Shown: positions 21,591 to 31,484, counted from the whole stretch's first letter. The stretch is 63,570 nucleotides of DNA, filler included, from a bacterium (GCA_024275095.1; 8 parts of 8 records of this genome joined end to end with filler, not necessarily neighbours in it), one strand, 5' to 3'. Notes: a model not told the origin generated them from the sequence alone. Numbers and translations are program-made.

Positions 21591-21921
21591 TGATCCGGAA
21601 AAAGTCCAAAAAGCTGTGGAAGAAGAAATGGCTTACCGACGGTCCACACAGCCTCTGGGCCGCCGTACTGCAGGGTGTGCATTTCTCAATCCGCGAAAGG
21701 GTAGAGTGTCTGCAGGAAAGATTGTTGAAGAGGTCGGTCTTAAAGGATTACGTGTGAGGGGAGCCCGTATTTCGGAAGTCCACGCGAATTTCATAGAAAA
21801 CGTGGGCAATGCTGAAGCACGGGATATTCTCGCCCTCATACAGGCGGTCAAGGACACTGTGCGCACCAGAAAAAACATTACCCTTGACCTTGAAATCGTT
21901 GTTGTGGGGGAGGAAGGGTGA
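21591..21921 (+). CDS. murB: UDP-N-acetylmuramate dehydrogenase, C-terminal part
   Basis: TQPL...AGC.F.NP, ISEVHANFI.N.G.A; directly upstream of ddl. Confidence 0.92.
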
Positions 21922-22814
21922 AGGTGGCTGTTCTTTACGGTGGCCTGTCGCCGGAAAGAGAGATTTCTCTGAAGTCAGGACTTGCGGTGGCAGGTGCGCT
22001 TCGCCGCCGGGGGTTTGACGTTATAGAAATAGATGTTGATCGAAACCTGCCCGCGGCTCTTATGGATGTTCAGCCAGATTGCGTTTTTGTGGCACTTCAC
22101 GGGCCCATGGGTGAAGACGGAACGGTTCAGGGTTTGCTGGAGGTGCTGGGTATTCCATATACGGGCAGTGGTGTGCTGGGATCCGCACTGGCGATGGACA
22201 AGCTGCGTTCGAAATTGATTTTCTCTGCAACAGGCATACCCACACCGGAATGGACGGTGGTACACCCTGAGGAAAATGCCCTGCCTTCATTTTCATCCCC
22301 CTGGGTGGTGAAGCCTTCGGGAAGCGGCTCCTCCATCGGAGTAAGCATTGTTTCTACTGCTGAAGAACTGAAAAAAGCCGTGCGCAGAGCAGCGGCTTTT
22401 TCACATGAGATTATTGTTGAAAAATACTGTGGAACAAAGGAGCTCACTGTTGCCGTACTGGAAGGTGAGGCGCTGGGGGTTCTGGAGATACATCCGAAGA
22501 AGGGTTTTTACAACTTCGATGCAAAATATACTGCAGGTGCAACTGAATATCTGATTCCCCCCCGCGTGTCACAGAAAATCCAGCGAATGGCGATGAAAGT
22601 GGCCGAACAGGTTTTCAATGCTCTTGCCCTGGCAGGGGCTGCACGAATTGACATGAGAGCTGATGATTCGAACGTTTACGTGCTGGAGGCCAATACAATC
22701 CCCGGCATGACCGAGACAAGTCTGCTTCCCAAGATAGCCGCTCACGCGGGCATGGATTTTGACACGCTGTGTGAAGTCATGGTTCGCAAGGCGCGGACGC
22801 ATGTGAGGGTGTGA
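21918..22814 (+). CDS. ddl: D-alanine--D-alanine ligase
   Basis: GGLSPEREISLKSG, LHGPMGEDG, GSSIGV, LEANTIPGMT. Confidence 0.97.
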   Translation: MKVAVLYGGLSPEREISLKSGLAVAGALRRRGFDVIEIDVDRNLPAALMDVQPDCVFVALHGPMGEDGTVQGLLEVLGIPYTGSGVLGSALAMDKLRSKLIFSATGIPTPEWTVVHPEENALPSFSSPWVVKPSGSGSSIGVSIVSTAEELKKAVRRAAAFSHEIIVEKYCGTKELTVAVLEGEALGVLEIHPKKGFYNFDAKYTAGATEYLIPPRVSQKIQRMAMKVAEQVFNALALAGAARIDMRADDSNVYVLEANTIPGMTETSLLPKIAAHAGMDFDTLCEVMVRKARTHVRV

Positions 22815-23548
22815 TGACCAAACAAAGGAAAAAGAAAAAAAGTGCACGCAGAAAAAAAAGAGAACTGGTTACTTCAGTCCGTAAAATTATGACAGGTCTG
22901 GCAGCTGCTGGAGTGATGGTGTATTTGCTTTACGTGATTCTCACCAGTCAGTTTCTGCAGGTGAAGCAAATTATAGTGCAGGGTTGCAATCATTTGAAAC
23001 CCGAAACAATTGTAAAAATTGCAGGTATTGAAAAAGGCTCAAGCATGCTTTTCCTCTCGTATGAGAACATCCGTAAAGCCATCCTCAAGAATCCCTGGGT
23101 AATGGATGCGGAGGTCATGGGCAAACTTCCCTCAACTGTTGTCATCACGGTTCGGGAAGAGACCCCTGTGGCCAATTATAAATACACCGGCAAATGGTAC
23201 CTGGTGGATGAGCGGGGCTCGGTTTTTGTAGAAGGTAAAATGGCAAACCTGCCGGTTATCGGGGCTTCTACTTCTACTGATGATCTTTCCGTGGCTACAG
23301 CTTTGATTCTTTTCCTTCATGCTCGTGGGTGGTCTCCAGGGGTGGTTAACGTGGAATACAGGCGTGTGGCTTTTTCTCTTCCATCTCACAATCTGGATCG
23401 AGTGGTTTTTCCACTTTCACCGGGGAAATGGGAGCAGGCTCTTTCACGGTTCAACACTGTACTGCGCATCGCCCGCGAGAGGAATTTAAAACTCAGGGAA
23501 GTGTATCTGAACTTTGAAAAAACAGGTCTTTTAAAAATAAGGGGGTGA
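22811..23548 (+). CDS. ftsQ: Cell division protein FtsQ/DivIB
   Basis: Single TM + POTRA pattern (NPWV..A.V...LP.TV.I.V.E); position between ddl and ftsA. Confidence 0.88.
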   Translation: MMTKQRKKKKSARRKKRELVTSVRKIMTGLAAAGVMVYLLYVILTSQFLQVKQIIVQGCNHLKPETIVKIAGIEKGSSMLFLSYENIRKAILKNPWVMDAEVMGKLPSTVVITVREETPVANYKYTGKWYLVDERGSVFVEGKMANLPVIGASTSTDDLSVATALILFLHARGWSPGVVNVEYRRVAFSLPSHNLDRVVFPLSPGKWEQALSRFNTVLRIARERNLKLREVYLNFEKTGLLKIRG

Positions 23549-23553
23549 AAGAG

Positions 23554-24783
23554 ATGAGTAAAAACGGAATCGTTGCTGCGCTGGATGTGGGCACTTCAAA
23601 GATTACCGTACTCGTTGGCCAGCCCACCGAAGAAGGACTGAGCATCATCGGCGTGGGCGTTCATCCATCCAAAGGAGTCAAAGACGGGGTGGTTCTCAAC
23701 ATTGAGGAGACGGCCGGGTCTATTCGTAAAGCGGTGGAGGATGCAGAACTCATGGCGGATGTGGAAGTCGAATCGGTATTTGTGGGTATATCGGGTACAC
23801 ACATCCAGTGCACGCCGGCCAAAGGGGAGGTCTCGCTGTCCGATGGTGTTGTGAAACGCCAGGACGTGTCCCAGGCAGTTGACGTGGCCACAGCTATTAC
23901 AGTGCATTCTGACAGGGAAATCATCCATATCCTGCCGGTGGAATTCGCCATAGACGGCCACCGCGGCATCAAGGAACCCATCGGCATGTCCGGCCGCAAG
24001 CTGGAGGTGCGCGTGCTCATCATTACCGCCATGCAAACGCACATCAAAAACCTCATCAGCAGCTGCCGTCGTGCGGGTCTGCGGGTCTCAGAAGCTGTGC
24101 TCAGCTCCCTGGCCTCTTCTGATGCTGTGCTCACGCCGGATGAAAAGGAGCTGGGGGTGTGTCTCGTGGATATCGGTGGTGGAACCACCAATGTGGCTGT
24201 ATTTCACGGGGGGGCGGTGGAAGGAACGTTCGAGATCCCGCTTGGCGGACGTCACATCACACGTGACCTGGCCGCAGGACTCCGCACGACCCTGGCCGAG
24301 GCCGAACGTGTCAAAAAAGAATTTGGTTCTGCGGTGCTTTCGAACACCCGTAAAGACGAAGAAGTGGAAATTGCTCCGCTTTACTCCACGGGAACAGTGC
24401 AGCGTGTCTCGCGCAGGCACATTGCCGAAATTATCATCCCGCGCACGGAGGAAATCCTCGAATTCGTGGACGAGCATCTTGAAAAAAACGGCCTGCGGTC
24501 TCTTCTTGGTGCAGGTGTGGTGCTGACCGGTGGTTCTTCGCAGCTTCCCGGGCTTCCGGAGCTTGCCGAGGAAATGCTCGGGTTGCCCGTGAGGATAGGT
24601 TCACCTTCGGGCCTTTCCGGACTTATGGATGTGGTTGACAGCCCCTCACATTCCACATCGGTTGGTTTGCTACTCGCAGCTTACCGTCAAAGTGCCCTTG
24701 GAGACTTCCAGGACGTAAAGGTTGCAAGGAGTGGTGCGGGGGTAGTGAAGAAAATCAAGCGCTTTTTTGAACAAATTTTGTAA
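23554..24783 (+). CDS. ftsA: Cell division protein FtsA
   Basis: LDVGTSK, VDIGGGTT, GVVLTGG, C-terminal amphipathic helix. Confidence 0.97.
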   Translation: MSKNGIVAALDVGTSKITVLVGQPTEEGLSIIGVGVHPSKGVKDGVVLNIEETAGSIRKAVEDAELMADVEVESVFVGISGTHIQCTPAKGEVSLSDGVVKRQDVSQAVDVATAITVHSDREIIHILPVEFAIDGHRGIKEPIGMSGRKLEVRVLIITAMQTHIKNLISSCRRAGLRVSEAVLSSLASSDAVLTPDEKELGVCLVDIGGGTTNVAVFHGGAVEGTFEIPLGGRHITRDLAAGLRTTLAEAERVKKEFGSAVLSNTRKDEEVEIAPLYSTGTVQRVSRRHIAEIIIPRTEEILEFVDEHLEKNGLRSLLGAGVVLTGGSSQLPGLPELAEEMLGLPVRIGSPSGLSGLMDVVDSPSHSTSVGLLLAAYRQSALGDFQDVKVARSGAGVVKKIKRFFEQIL

Positions 24784-24797
24784 AAAGGAGGTGCAGC

Positions 24798-25955
24798 ATG
24801 ATCGAACTCATCAGGGAGGAACAATTCAAGGCGAGAATCCGGGTCATAGGCATAGGCGGATGCGGTAACAATGCAGTGAACACGATGGTTGAAGAGCGCA
24901 TCCGCGGTGTGGAATTCATTGCCATGAACACGGATATCCAGGTGCTTAAGCAATGCCGTGCAGAGGAAGTCATTCAGATTGGCGAGAAGCTCACCCGCGG
25001 CCTTGGTGCAGGTGGAAATCCTGAAGTTGGTCGTGAAGCCGCGATAGAGAGCATGGAGAAAATCCGCGAGACAGTAAGTGGTGCCGACATGATCTTCATT
25101 GCAGCGGGCATGGGTGGTGGAACAGGAACCGGGGCGGCACCAGTGGTTGCAGAACTGGCAAAGGAAGAGGGCACGCTGGTCGTGGGCGTGGTGACAAAGC
25201 CCTTTGCTGGCGAGGGAACTCACCGCAATGAAATCGCACAGCGTGGAATAGAAGAACTCAAGCGCTACGTGGATGCCCTTATTGTCATTAACAACGATCG
25301 CCTCATTTCCATGAACAAGACCCAGACTGCAAAAGAGAGCCTGCTTCTGGGCACCCAGCCCCTGGCCCAGGCTGTAAAAGGCATTGCTGAAATTATCACT
25401 GTTCCCGGCCTTATCAATGTGGACTTTGCGGACGTACGCGAGGTTATGAAGGAGACGGGAATGGCTGTTATGGGCAGTGCAGAAGCCTCGGGAGAAGACC
25501 GCGCCATGACCGCCCGTAACAATGCCATCAACAATCCGCTGCTGGAGTACAGTGGCATCAGCGGTGCCCGGGGTGTCCTTGTCAACGTAACGGGAAATGA
25601 CGTGACCCTGCCAGAATTCAACGACATTGTTGCCAGCATCCAGGAGGAAGCCGACCCCGAGGCCCGCATCATATCTGGACTTGTAATTGATGAGACCTTG
25701 GACAATCGTGTGAGAGTGACCGTGATTGCTACAGGCTTTGGCCGCAAGAAGAGGACTGCATCGCGATCCGTAAGAAGTGAAATAAAAGAAATTCTGAATA
25801 ATGATACTGGCGCAACGGACAGCCTGGAAATACCCGCTTTTCAGCGCCGCAGCATTCTCAACCACAAAATCCGTCACCACCGTGCTCCTGTACACAATGA
25901 CGTTGACCCGATGGCCATTGCCATGCGCGTGTTCAAAAACGAGCCGGAATCATAA
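24798..25955 (+). CDS. ftsZ: Cell division protein FtsZ
   Basis: GGCGNNAV, GLGAGGNP, GMGGGTGTG, INVDFAD, LEIPAF.RR. Confidence 0.98.
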   Translation: MIELIREEQFKARIRVIGIGGCGNNAVNTMVEERIRGVEFIAMNTDIQVLKQCRAEEVIQIGEKLTRGLGAGGNPEVGREAAIESMEKIRETVSGADMIFIAAGMGGGTGTGAAPVVAELAKEEGTLVVGVVTKPFAGEGTHRNEIAQRGIEELKRYVDALIVINNDRLISMNKTQTAKESLLLGTQPLAQAVKGIAEIITVPGLINVDFADVREVMKETGMAVMGSAEASGEDRAMTARNNAINNPLLEYSGISGARGVLVNVTGNDVTLPEFNDIVASIQEEADPEARIISGLVIDETLDNRVRVTVIATGFGRKKRTASRSVRSEIKEILNNDTGATDSLEIPAFQRRSILNHKIRHHRAPVHNDVDPMAIAMRVFKNEPES

Positions 25956-25972
25956 ACCGGACGAGGTGATTT

Positions 25973-27421
25973 CTGCTCAGGGCGGCATTTATATACCCCA
26001 ATCTCAAGAAGGCAGCGTACAGCAACCTGGGATTTGTCCGCATTGTCGCCCTGTTTGAGCGGTTTACACCCTTTCACGTCCAGGCCTTTGCACTGGATGA
26101 AATTACCCCCCGCGTTTACAGGTATCTGGAGCAGTGTGAACTCATTGCATTTTCCGTTGCCTTTGAAAACGACTTCGTCAACATAGCCCGTATTCTTTCC
26201 AGTATTTCACCTGGCAAAAGGCGCATGACCATTGCGGGTGGCGTGGCTGCATCCGCCAATCCAGAGGTATGTACAGGGCTTTTCGATGCGGTGATTGTAG
26301 GCGAAGCCGACACCGCGGTTGAAGAGATTACTGATGCAATCATACCCTATCTAACATCCCGCGCGGACAGAGAAACAGCCCTGGAGCGCCTTGCTGCTAC
26401 GGGTTACGTGTACGTTCCAGAAGGCTACGAATTTCGCTTTGGAGAACAATTTCGTATTGCAAAAGCTGATCCCCGTCCTGGCTATCCAGCGAAAGTTGCC
26501 TGGAGAAGGGAAATGCACTCATGGCAGCCTGCATTTCGTGAGGCCGTGGGCAGAGGGGTCGAATTTGGCGAGCACTTCCTCATTGAAATTTCACGTGGCT
26601 GTCCCTTTCGGTGTCGGTTTTGCCTTCCCGGAAATGTGTGTGGTGCCCAGCGTGACGTGCCTCTCGATGTGATTCTTCAGAACATCGAAAAGAGTCGGTC
26701 CCGCTCTGCAGCACTCGTAGCCCCACTTCCATCAGCCCACCGCGCTTTCAGGGAGTTGTTGCATCGGCTTGTCGAAAAAGGCGTATCCGTCACCGTTTCA
26801 TCACTGCGCGTGGAGGATGCACGGGAGGACATTCTTGCTCTCCTTGCAAAGAGCGGGATGCGTACACTCACGCTTGCTCCAGAAACAGGAAATGAAATCC
26901 TTCGCAGAAAACTCGGCAAACTCTTCAAAAATGAAGAAGTAATAGAGGCTGCTGTCAGAGCAGAGAAGGCAGGGTTCAGGAACGTTAAACTCTACTTCAT
27001 GGTGGGCTTTCCCGGGGAGACCCCGGACCATGTGAAGGAATCTGTTGAATTTGTTGTGGAGATCAAGTCCCGGCTCAAACGTGCGCGTCTTTCGGTCGGC
27101 ATTGCGCCTTTTGTACCCAAGCCTCACACACCGTTGGAAAGGCAGCCCATGAAAAGAGTGGAAGAACTGCAGGCGGCATACCGCCTCTGGAAGAAAGTGG
27201 AAGCGAAAGGCATCCGCCTTAGCAGCGAATCCATTAAATCTTCCCTTGTTCAGGCACTGCTTTCAACAGGCGGCAGGTGGGTTGCTGAATTCGTCACTGC
27301 TGCTGCACGTGAGAATCCTTCCAGGGCATTGAAAAAGCACTCCGTCATGCTGGAACAGTGGGTTTACCGCCCCAAGGAAGAGCACGAAATCCTGCCCTGG
27401 CACTTTATACGCGCCCGGTGA
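25973..27421 (+). CDS. Radical SAM protein (B12-binding/YgiQ-like class); probable CTG start
   Basis: EISRGCPFRCRFC; KLYFMVG.PGET; PFVPKPHTP. The frame is open 84 codons upstream of the 26225 ATG and encodes FIYPN....YSNLGF and FSVAFEND. Confidence 0.85.
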   Translation: MLRAAFIYPNLKKAAYSNLGFVRIVALFERFTPFHVQAFALDEITPRVYRYLEQCELIAFSVAFENDFVNIARILSSISPGKRRMTIAGGVAASANPEVCTGLFDAVIVGEADTAVEEITDAIIPYLTSRADRETALERLAATGYVYVPEGYEFRFGEQFRIAKADPRPGYPAKVAWRREMHSWQPAFREAVGRGVEFGEHFLIEISRGCPFRCRFCLPGNVCGAQRDVPLDVILQNIEKSRSRSAALVAPLPSAHRAFRELLHRLVEKGVSVTVSSLRVEDAREDILALLAKSGMRTLTLAPETGNEILRRKLGKLFKNEEVIEAAVRAEKAGFRNVKLYFMVGFPGETPDHVKESVEFVVEIKSRLKRARLSVGIAPFVPKPHTPLERQPMKRVEELQAAYRLWKKVEAKGIRLSSESIKSSLVQALLSTGGRWVAEFVTAAARENPSRALKKHSVMLEQWVYRPKEEHEILPWHFIRAR

Positions 27422-27714
27422 ATCGGACGATTGTTGCGCGAACATTCACAGGAAGAACCGGGAAGTTTTGAAGGGAGGAGGAAAAGAAACTGAAAATGTG
27501 TAATATCAAATGTCGAGGCCTGCTCCCGGTTCAATAGCCAGGGAAAATTTACTTGTCCCGACGGTGGAACGAGCAGGTGCAGAAACGAATGGTATGGTTA
27601 CACCCGGGACTATCTTGTTCTTATTCTGGATGGATTTTAGGTGGTGGTCAGGCAGGAGCCGGTTCACCTTGACCCGTACAACCCCCGAAAAATAAAATGA
27701 ATGCAATCACACAC

Positions 27715-27788
27715 GTGCCCGTAGCTCAGCAGGACAGAGCGCAGGACTCCGGATCCTGAGGTCGCGGGTTCAAATCCCGCCGGGCACG
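27715..27788 (+). tRNA. tRNA-Arg(CCG), CCA not encoded
   Basis: Acceptor GTGCCCG/CGGGCAC; anticodon arm CAGGA-CTCCGGA-TCCTG; T loop GGTTCAAATCC. Confidence 0.96.
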
Positions 27789-28011
27789 GTAAGTGCGTAT
27801 TTGGGTATGTGTGGGGGGTGGTATATACGTGCGAGAACCCGCGACAGCCGGAGGCTCGTATTGGGAGTTCCGCGTAGCGGAACGCCATATAAATTGAGCG
27901 AGCGGTGGTATCAAGGCACCTCTGTGGCATTTGATTTATTTGAAGCATCAATAAGTGAGCGAGCTTGCGCGTGAGCGAGCGTGTGCTGGTTCAAATCCCG
28001 CCGGGCACGGT
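27789..28011 (+). repeat. tRNA-linked module ending in a 24-bp direct duplicate of the tRNA-Arg(CCG) 3' end
   Basis: 27988-28011 = 27767-27790; 27835-27845 is the reverse complement of 27761-27771. Confidence 0.85.
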
Positions 28012-28079
28012 TTATTTTTTAAGGAGTTACGGCAATTAAGGGCTGAGGCTCATAAGAATGAGCTACCAATAAGCTACCA

Positions 28080-28179
28080 NNNNNNNNNNNNNNNNNNNNN
28101 NNNNNNNNNNNNNNNNNNNNNNNTTAATTAATTAANNNNNNNNNNNNNNNNNNNNNNNNNNNNNNNNNNNNNNNNNNNN
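28080..28179. other. Artificial contig linker
   Basis: N-run/TTAATTAATTAA/N-run. Confidence 0.99.
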
Positions 28180-28301
28180 TCATCGGTTTTTAAAAGGGCT
28201 GTTTTCGTAGAAGCACAACATGAAAAATGAAAACAGTCCACCTTCAAACTCAGAATAAAAAACAAAGCCGGGTTGAAAGTTTTAGTGAAACAGCAATCAA
28301 A

Positions 28302-28325
28302 TGTCAAATCTTGAGACCAGACCCC
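28302..28325 (-). repeat. 24-bp dispersed motif, copy 2
   Basis: Reverse complement is GGGGTCTGGTCTCAAGATTTGACA. Confidence 0.85.
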
Positions 28326-28336
28326 GAAAGGGCTTC

Positions 28337-28577
28337 TTTATGCCGGGGGTGGGATTGCCACGCGCACTACACGCTCAAGCAATGTCAACCCAACAAAAAA
28401 AACAAAACTTACTCCCACGCCTCTGCATCACCACCTCCTCTACACGCGCCCATTATATGTCGCTCCGCTCCCTCACGCCTCACGGCGTTCAAATCCCACC
28501 CCCGGCCAAATTTTTTATCCCTTCCAAATGGAAAACCTTGATGCAAAAAAATGCCCTGCTGGCTTCAGCTTAATTTA
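28337..28577 (-). repeat. tRNA-linked module downstream of tRNA-Leu with inverted and direct copies of the tRNA 3' end
   Basis: 28337-28356 = 28574-28593 (20-bp direct); 28487-28506 = reverse complement of 28579-28598 (20-bp inverted). Confidence 0.88.
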
Positions 28578-28663
28578 TGCCGGGGGTGGGATTTGAACCC
28601 ACACGGGGAGGGATCCCCTGCGGATTTTGAGTCCGCCGCGTCTGCCAATTCCGCCACCCCGGC
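28578..28663 (-). tRNA. tRNA-Leu(CAA), CCA not encoded
   Basis: Minus strand GCCGGGG/CCCCGGC acceptor; GCGGA-CTCAAAA-TCCGC anticodon arm; long variable arm; GGTTCAAATCCC. Confidence 0.96.
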
Positions 28664-28670
28664 TTAAGGC

Positions 28671-30230
28671 TTATCTGCTCCGCAAGGGCGGAGGTGCCGG
28701 AGGCCTCCGCAACCTTGGCGGTTTGGGCGGTTTCAACTTCGTAAGAATAATGTCAAGATAAATCACCGAATCTTTATCTGCAACGAACTCTTTGGTCACA
28801 GGCTGATAACCCATTGCTGAAATCTCTACCACGTGTTTGCCCGGCGGAATTTCACTGCGAAATCCACCGCTCACCGGATTGGTCACAATCGGTTTTATTC
28901 CCCCGGTCTGAAACTTGATGGTGGCAGCAAGTGGTTTCCCTGTTTCGCTGAAAACAGCTCCCATAAGTACTGCCGTGGGAGGCTTCAATGGTCTAAGGGG
29001 CACAACGCTCACCTTTGCTTTACCTTTGTATTTCTTGGATATAAAACGTGCGACCACCCTTTTGTACCCCGGAGCATAAATTTCAGCCTTGTACTGGTTC
29101 GCCGGCGGCAGTTCTGCAATCCTCGCCAGCCCCTTGCCATTGGTCACTATTGCGGGCAGACTCCTCTTTTCAAATCGAATAACTGCATCCTTGATGGGTT
29201 CCTTTGTTTTCTTGTCTATAACCTTTATCATGATCATGCCCTTGGGCTTTTCAGGAGGCTTGGCCTTGACCGTCACGTATTCAACCTTCGGAATTCGAGG
29301 AAGAAAAGTGTAGGAAATCCCTAAACCAACCTTCCAGGGAGGATACCTGTAGAAAAAGATAATCTTCTGAGAAAGGCACTGGTCATAAAATACATCCACA
29401 GCAAATCCTCTGAACGGAGTCATTCTCACCCCAAGAGAAAGGTACTGGGGAGAATCATCATAATTGTTATTGGTATCTCCATCGTTATCTGCATCAATGA
29501 TCTGATGTGTCCAGTACTCAACAAAAGGTGTTGCATACTTTGTGGGTACCTCCAAAGCCACACCGCCATCAACTGCATCATCGTGAAAGATACTGTACAC
29601 GTAATCAGCAAATCCTGTGTAATACCCTGCGTTCATGAGATGCTCGCGCCGGTTGTGGTAGTACCCTATATTGAGGTGAAACCGTAAAGGCACATCTTTC
29701 ATCTTGAGAAAATCAAGTGAAATGAGAAGACCGCCGCCTCCGCTGAATGCCCGGATGTCGTATGTCAGGTCGTCAAGCCCCGAAACAAAATCCCCCCTTC
29801 CGTAAAGGGCCATACCGAACCCGGTCCCTGTCATGTAACCCATCTTCAGGCCCACGTGAATATCTCCGCCGCTCGTAAAGTACGCTGGTGATCCCCCCAG
29901 AGCCTGGAATTTAGCAACACGCGCACTCGTCCCCAGTGTCAGCTCTCCAACATTACCCAGAGCCGTAACGAATGAAAAATACGTGTCAAAAAGGCGGAAT
30001 CTGTTGTTCTGCAGGTTGGGGTTATAGAAGTCTCGATAATTAATGTACTCAAAAGTAGTGCGCAGGGCCCAGTTGCCGGCACCGATATTATCCGCAGTGA
30101 GCACATGAACAACCCCTGAAAGCCCCTTATCAGAAGGGGAAAGGAACATGGCTCCCGGGGCTGCATAATGATACAAAAGCACCATCAAAAAAATAACGCC
30201 TGAAATGTGGGAATAAACATGCTGCTTCAT
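28671..30230 (-). CDS. Outer-membrane beta-barrel + two carboxypeptidase-regulatory-like (Ig) domains + Pro-rich tail
   Basis: Signal peptide; alternating beta-strands; VIDKKTKEPIKDA.I and ISAMGYQP Ig-like patterns. Confidence 0.6.
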   Translation of the reverse strand: MKQHVYSHISGVIFLMVLLYHYAAPGAMFLSPSDKGLSGVVHVLTADNIGAGNWALRTTFEYINYRDFYNPNLQNNRFRLFDTYFSFVTALGNVGELTLGTSARVAKFQALGGSPAYFTSGGDIHVGLKMGYMTGTGFGMALYGRGDFVSGLDDLTYDIRAFSGGGGLLISLDFLKMKDVPLRFHLNIGYYHNRREHLMNAGYYTGFADYVYSIFHDDAVDGGVALEVPTKYATPFVEYWTHQIIDADNDGDTNNNYDDSPQYLSLGVRMTPFRGFAVDVFYDQCLSQKIIFFYRYPPWKVGLGISYTFLPRIPKVEYVTVKAKPPEKPKGMIMIKVIDKKTKEPIKDAVIRFEKRSLPAIVTNGKGLARIAELPPANQYKAEIYAPGYKRVVARFISKKYKGKAKVSVVPLRPLKPPTAVLMGAVFSETGKPLAATIKFQTGGIKPIVTNPVSGGFRSEIPPGKHVVEISAMGYQPVTKEFVADKDSVIYLDIILTKLKPPKPPRLRRPPAPPPLRSR

Positions 30231-30321
30231 TCTCGCCTCCAATTGCCCTCCCTCAGAGGTGTTTCTGAGGCTTTATGCTATAATAACACAGCCAGTATAA
30301 GAAAAAAAATTAAGACTCTCC

Positions 30322-31484
30322 ATGAATATGAAACGTTTCATCTGGCCAGCAGGAGTCACGGCACTCAGTGCACTGACTCTTGTAATGGGGATTTACTCTT
30401 TTGTGCCTTCGGTCAAGCTGGTGGGCCGGCCATTTCCAGGGTTTTTCCTTTATCCCAATCATTTCATATCCATCTCTTTCAGGCCGGGCTGGGAATATGT
30501 AAATCCCGAAATACGACCCCTGCAAAAGGTTGTCCGCATTAACGGTGAACCCCCTTACGTCGTTAAACCGAACCATCTCAAAGGCGTTAAAACAATAACC
30601 GTGCTGTCGGAAGAGGGGCAAAAAGAAATTTGCGTAACACAGATACCCTTCTCATCCTCAGATTTTGTAATGATATTTTTGCTTCCCTTTATCCTGGGAC
30701 TCATCTTCCTCGTTACAGGGACAACTTTAGCCTTGCTCAAACCGCGTGATCGTCCTGTCCAGCTCTTTTACTTCGTAACCCTCGTCGTAGCCGTATTTTA
30801 TTTTGCATCCATGGATGCCAACCTGACGCATCGATTCTTCCGCGTCTGGCTTACATTCCCGTTTTTTGCAACCTTTTCATACCTCCTCTTTATGAAATTC
30901 CCCGGCCATCACACTCCAAAATTTTTCCGTGTAGCAGCCTACCCCATCGTCATTACGGCTGTGCTATTGTTCCTTGCCGCGCAGGTGTTCCTGTATCACT
31001 CCAAAGGATTTCCAAATATCCTTAAAGGGTACACCATCTACATGGGGATGGTTTTTATTGCAGACATTGCACTGCTGGCAACCAAATGGGTGAAGTCTCA
31101 CGACCCGCTGGTAAAGAAAAAGGCAAGGGTTATGATTTTTACCGTTCTCTTAGCATCCCTTATTCCGGGCATCTGGTCCTTCACATTTCCATTTGGAATT
31201 CCTTTTATCAACCTGGACCGGGTAATGATCCTGTCCATCGCGTTTCCAGCCATTACCGTGTACGCCATACTCAAGGTCAATGTGTTCGAAATGGATCGAA
31301 TGATCCAGAAAGGTTTCGGATATCTCGTGCTCAGTACAATTGTTGTAGCTCTGTATCTTTTTATGGTATTTCTCGGGACACTCCTGTCCCAGGGATTCTT
31401 AGGGCTGCAATTCACACCTGCTGGTACAATCATTTCGACCCTTTTAATTGCTCTGATATTCCATCCTCTGAGGGTACAGATTCA
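30322..31484 (+). CDS. Polytopic membrane sensor N-terminus (PDZ-like + multi-TM), 3'-truncated
   Basis: Multiple TM helices; YAILK..VFEMD..I.KG..Y and FHPLR pattern that typically precedes GAF/kinase/cyclase outputs. Confidence 0.65.

Noticed and set aside
24687-25895. 402-aa antisense ORF over ftsZ, and similar long antisense ORFs over ACAD, kamA, crt and slipin
   Set aside because: Shadow frames of conserved genes with no recognisable motifs.
27500-27700. Possible 6S-like ncRNA or small Cys-rich ORF upstream of tRNA-Arg
   Set aside because: Only short terminal pairing (GTCGAGG/CCTTGAC) is visible, and the protein-like frame has an internal TAG and no start. Not supportable without a search.
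27726-28573. Short ORFs overlapping the tRNAs and their modules (also 51140-51690)
   Set aside because: They translate tRNA or repeat sequence and have no convincing RBS or protein features.
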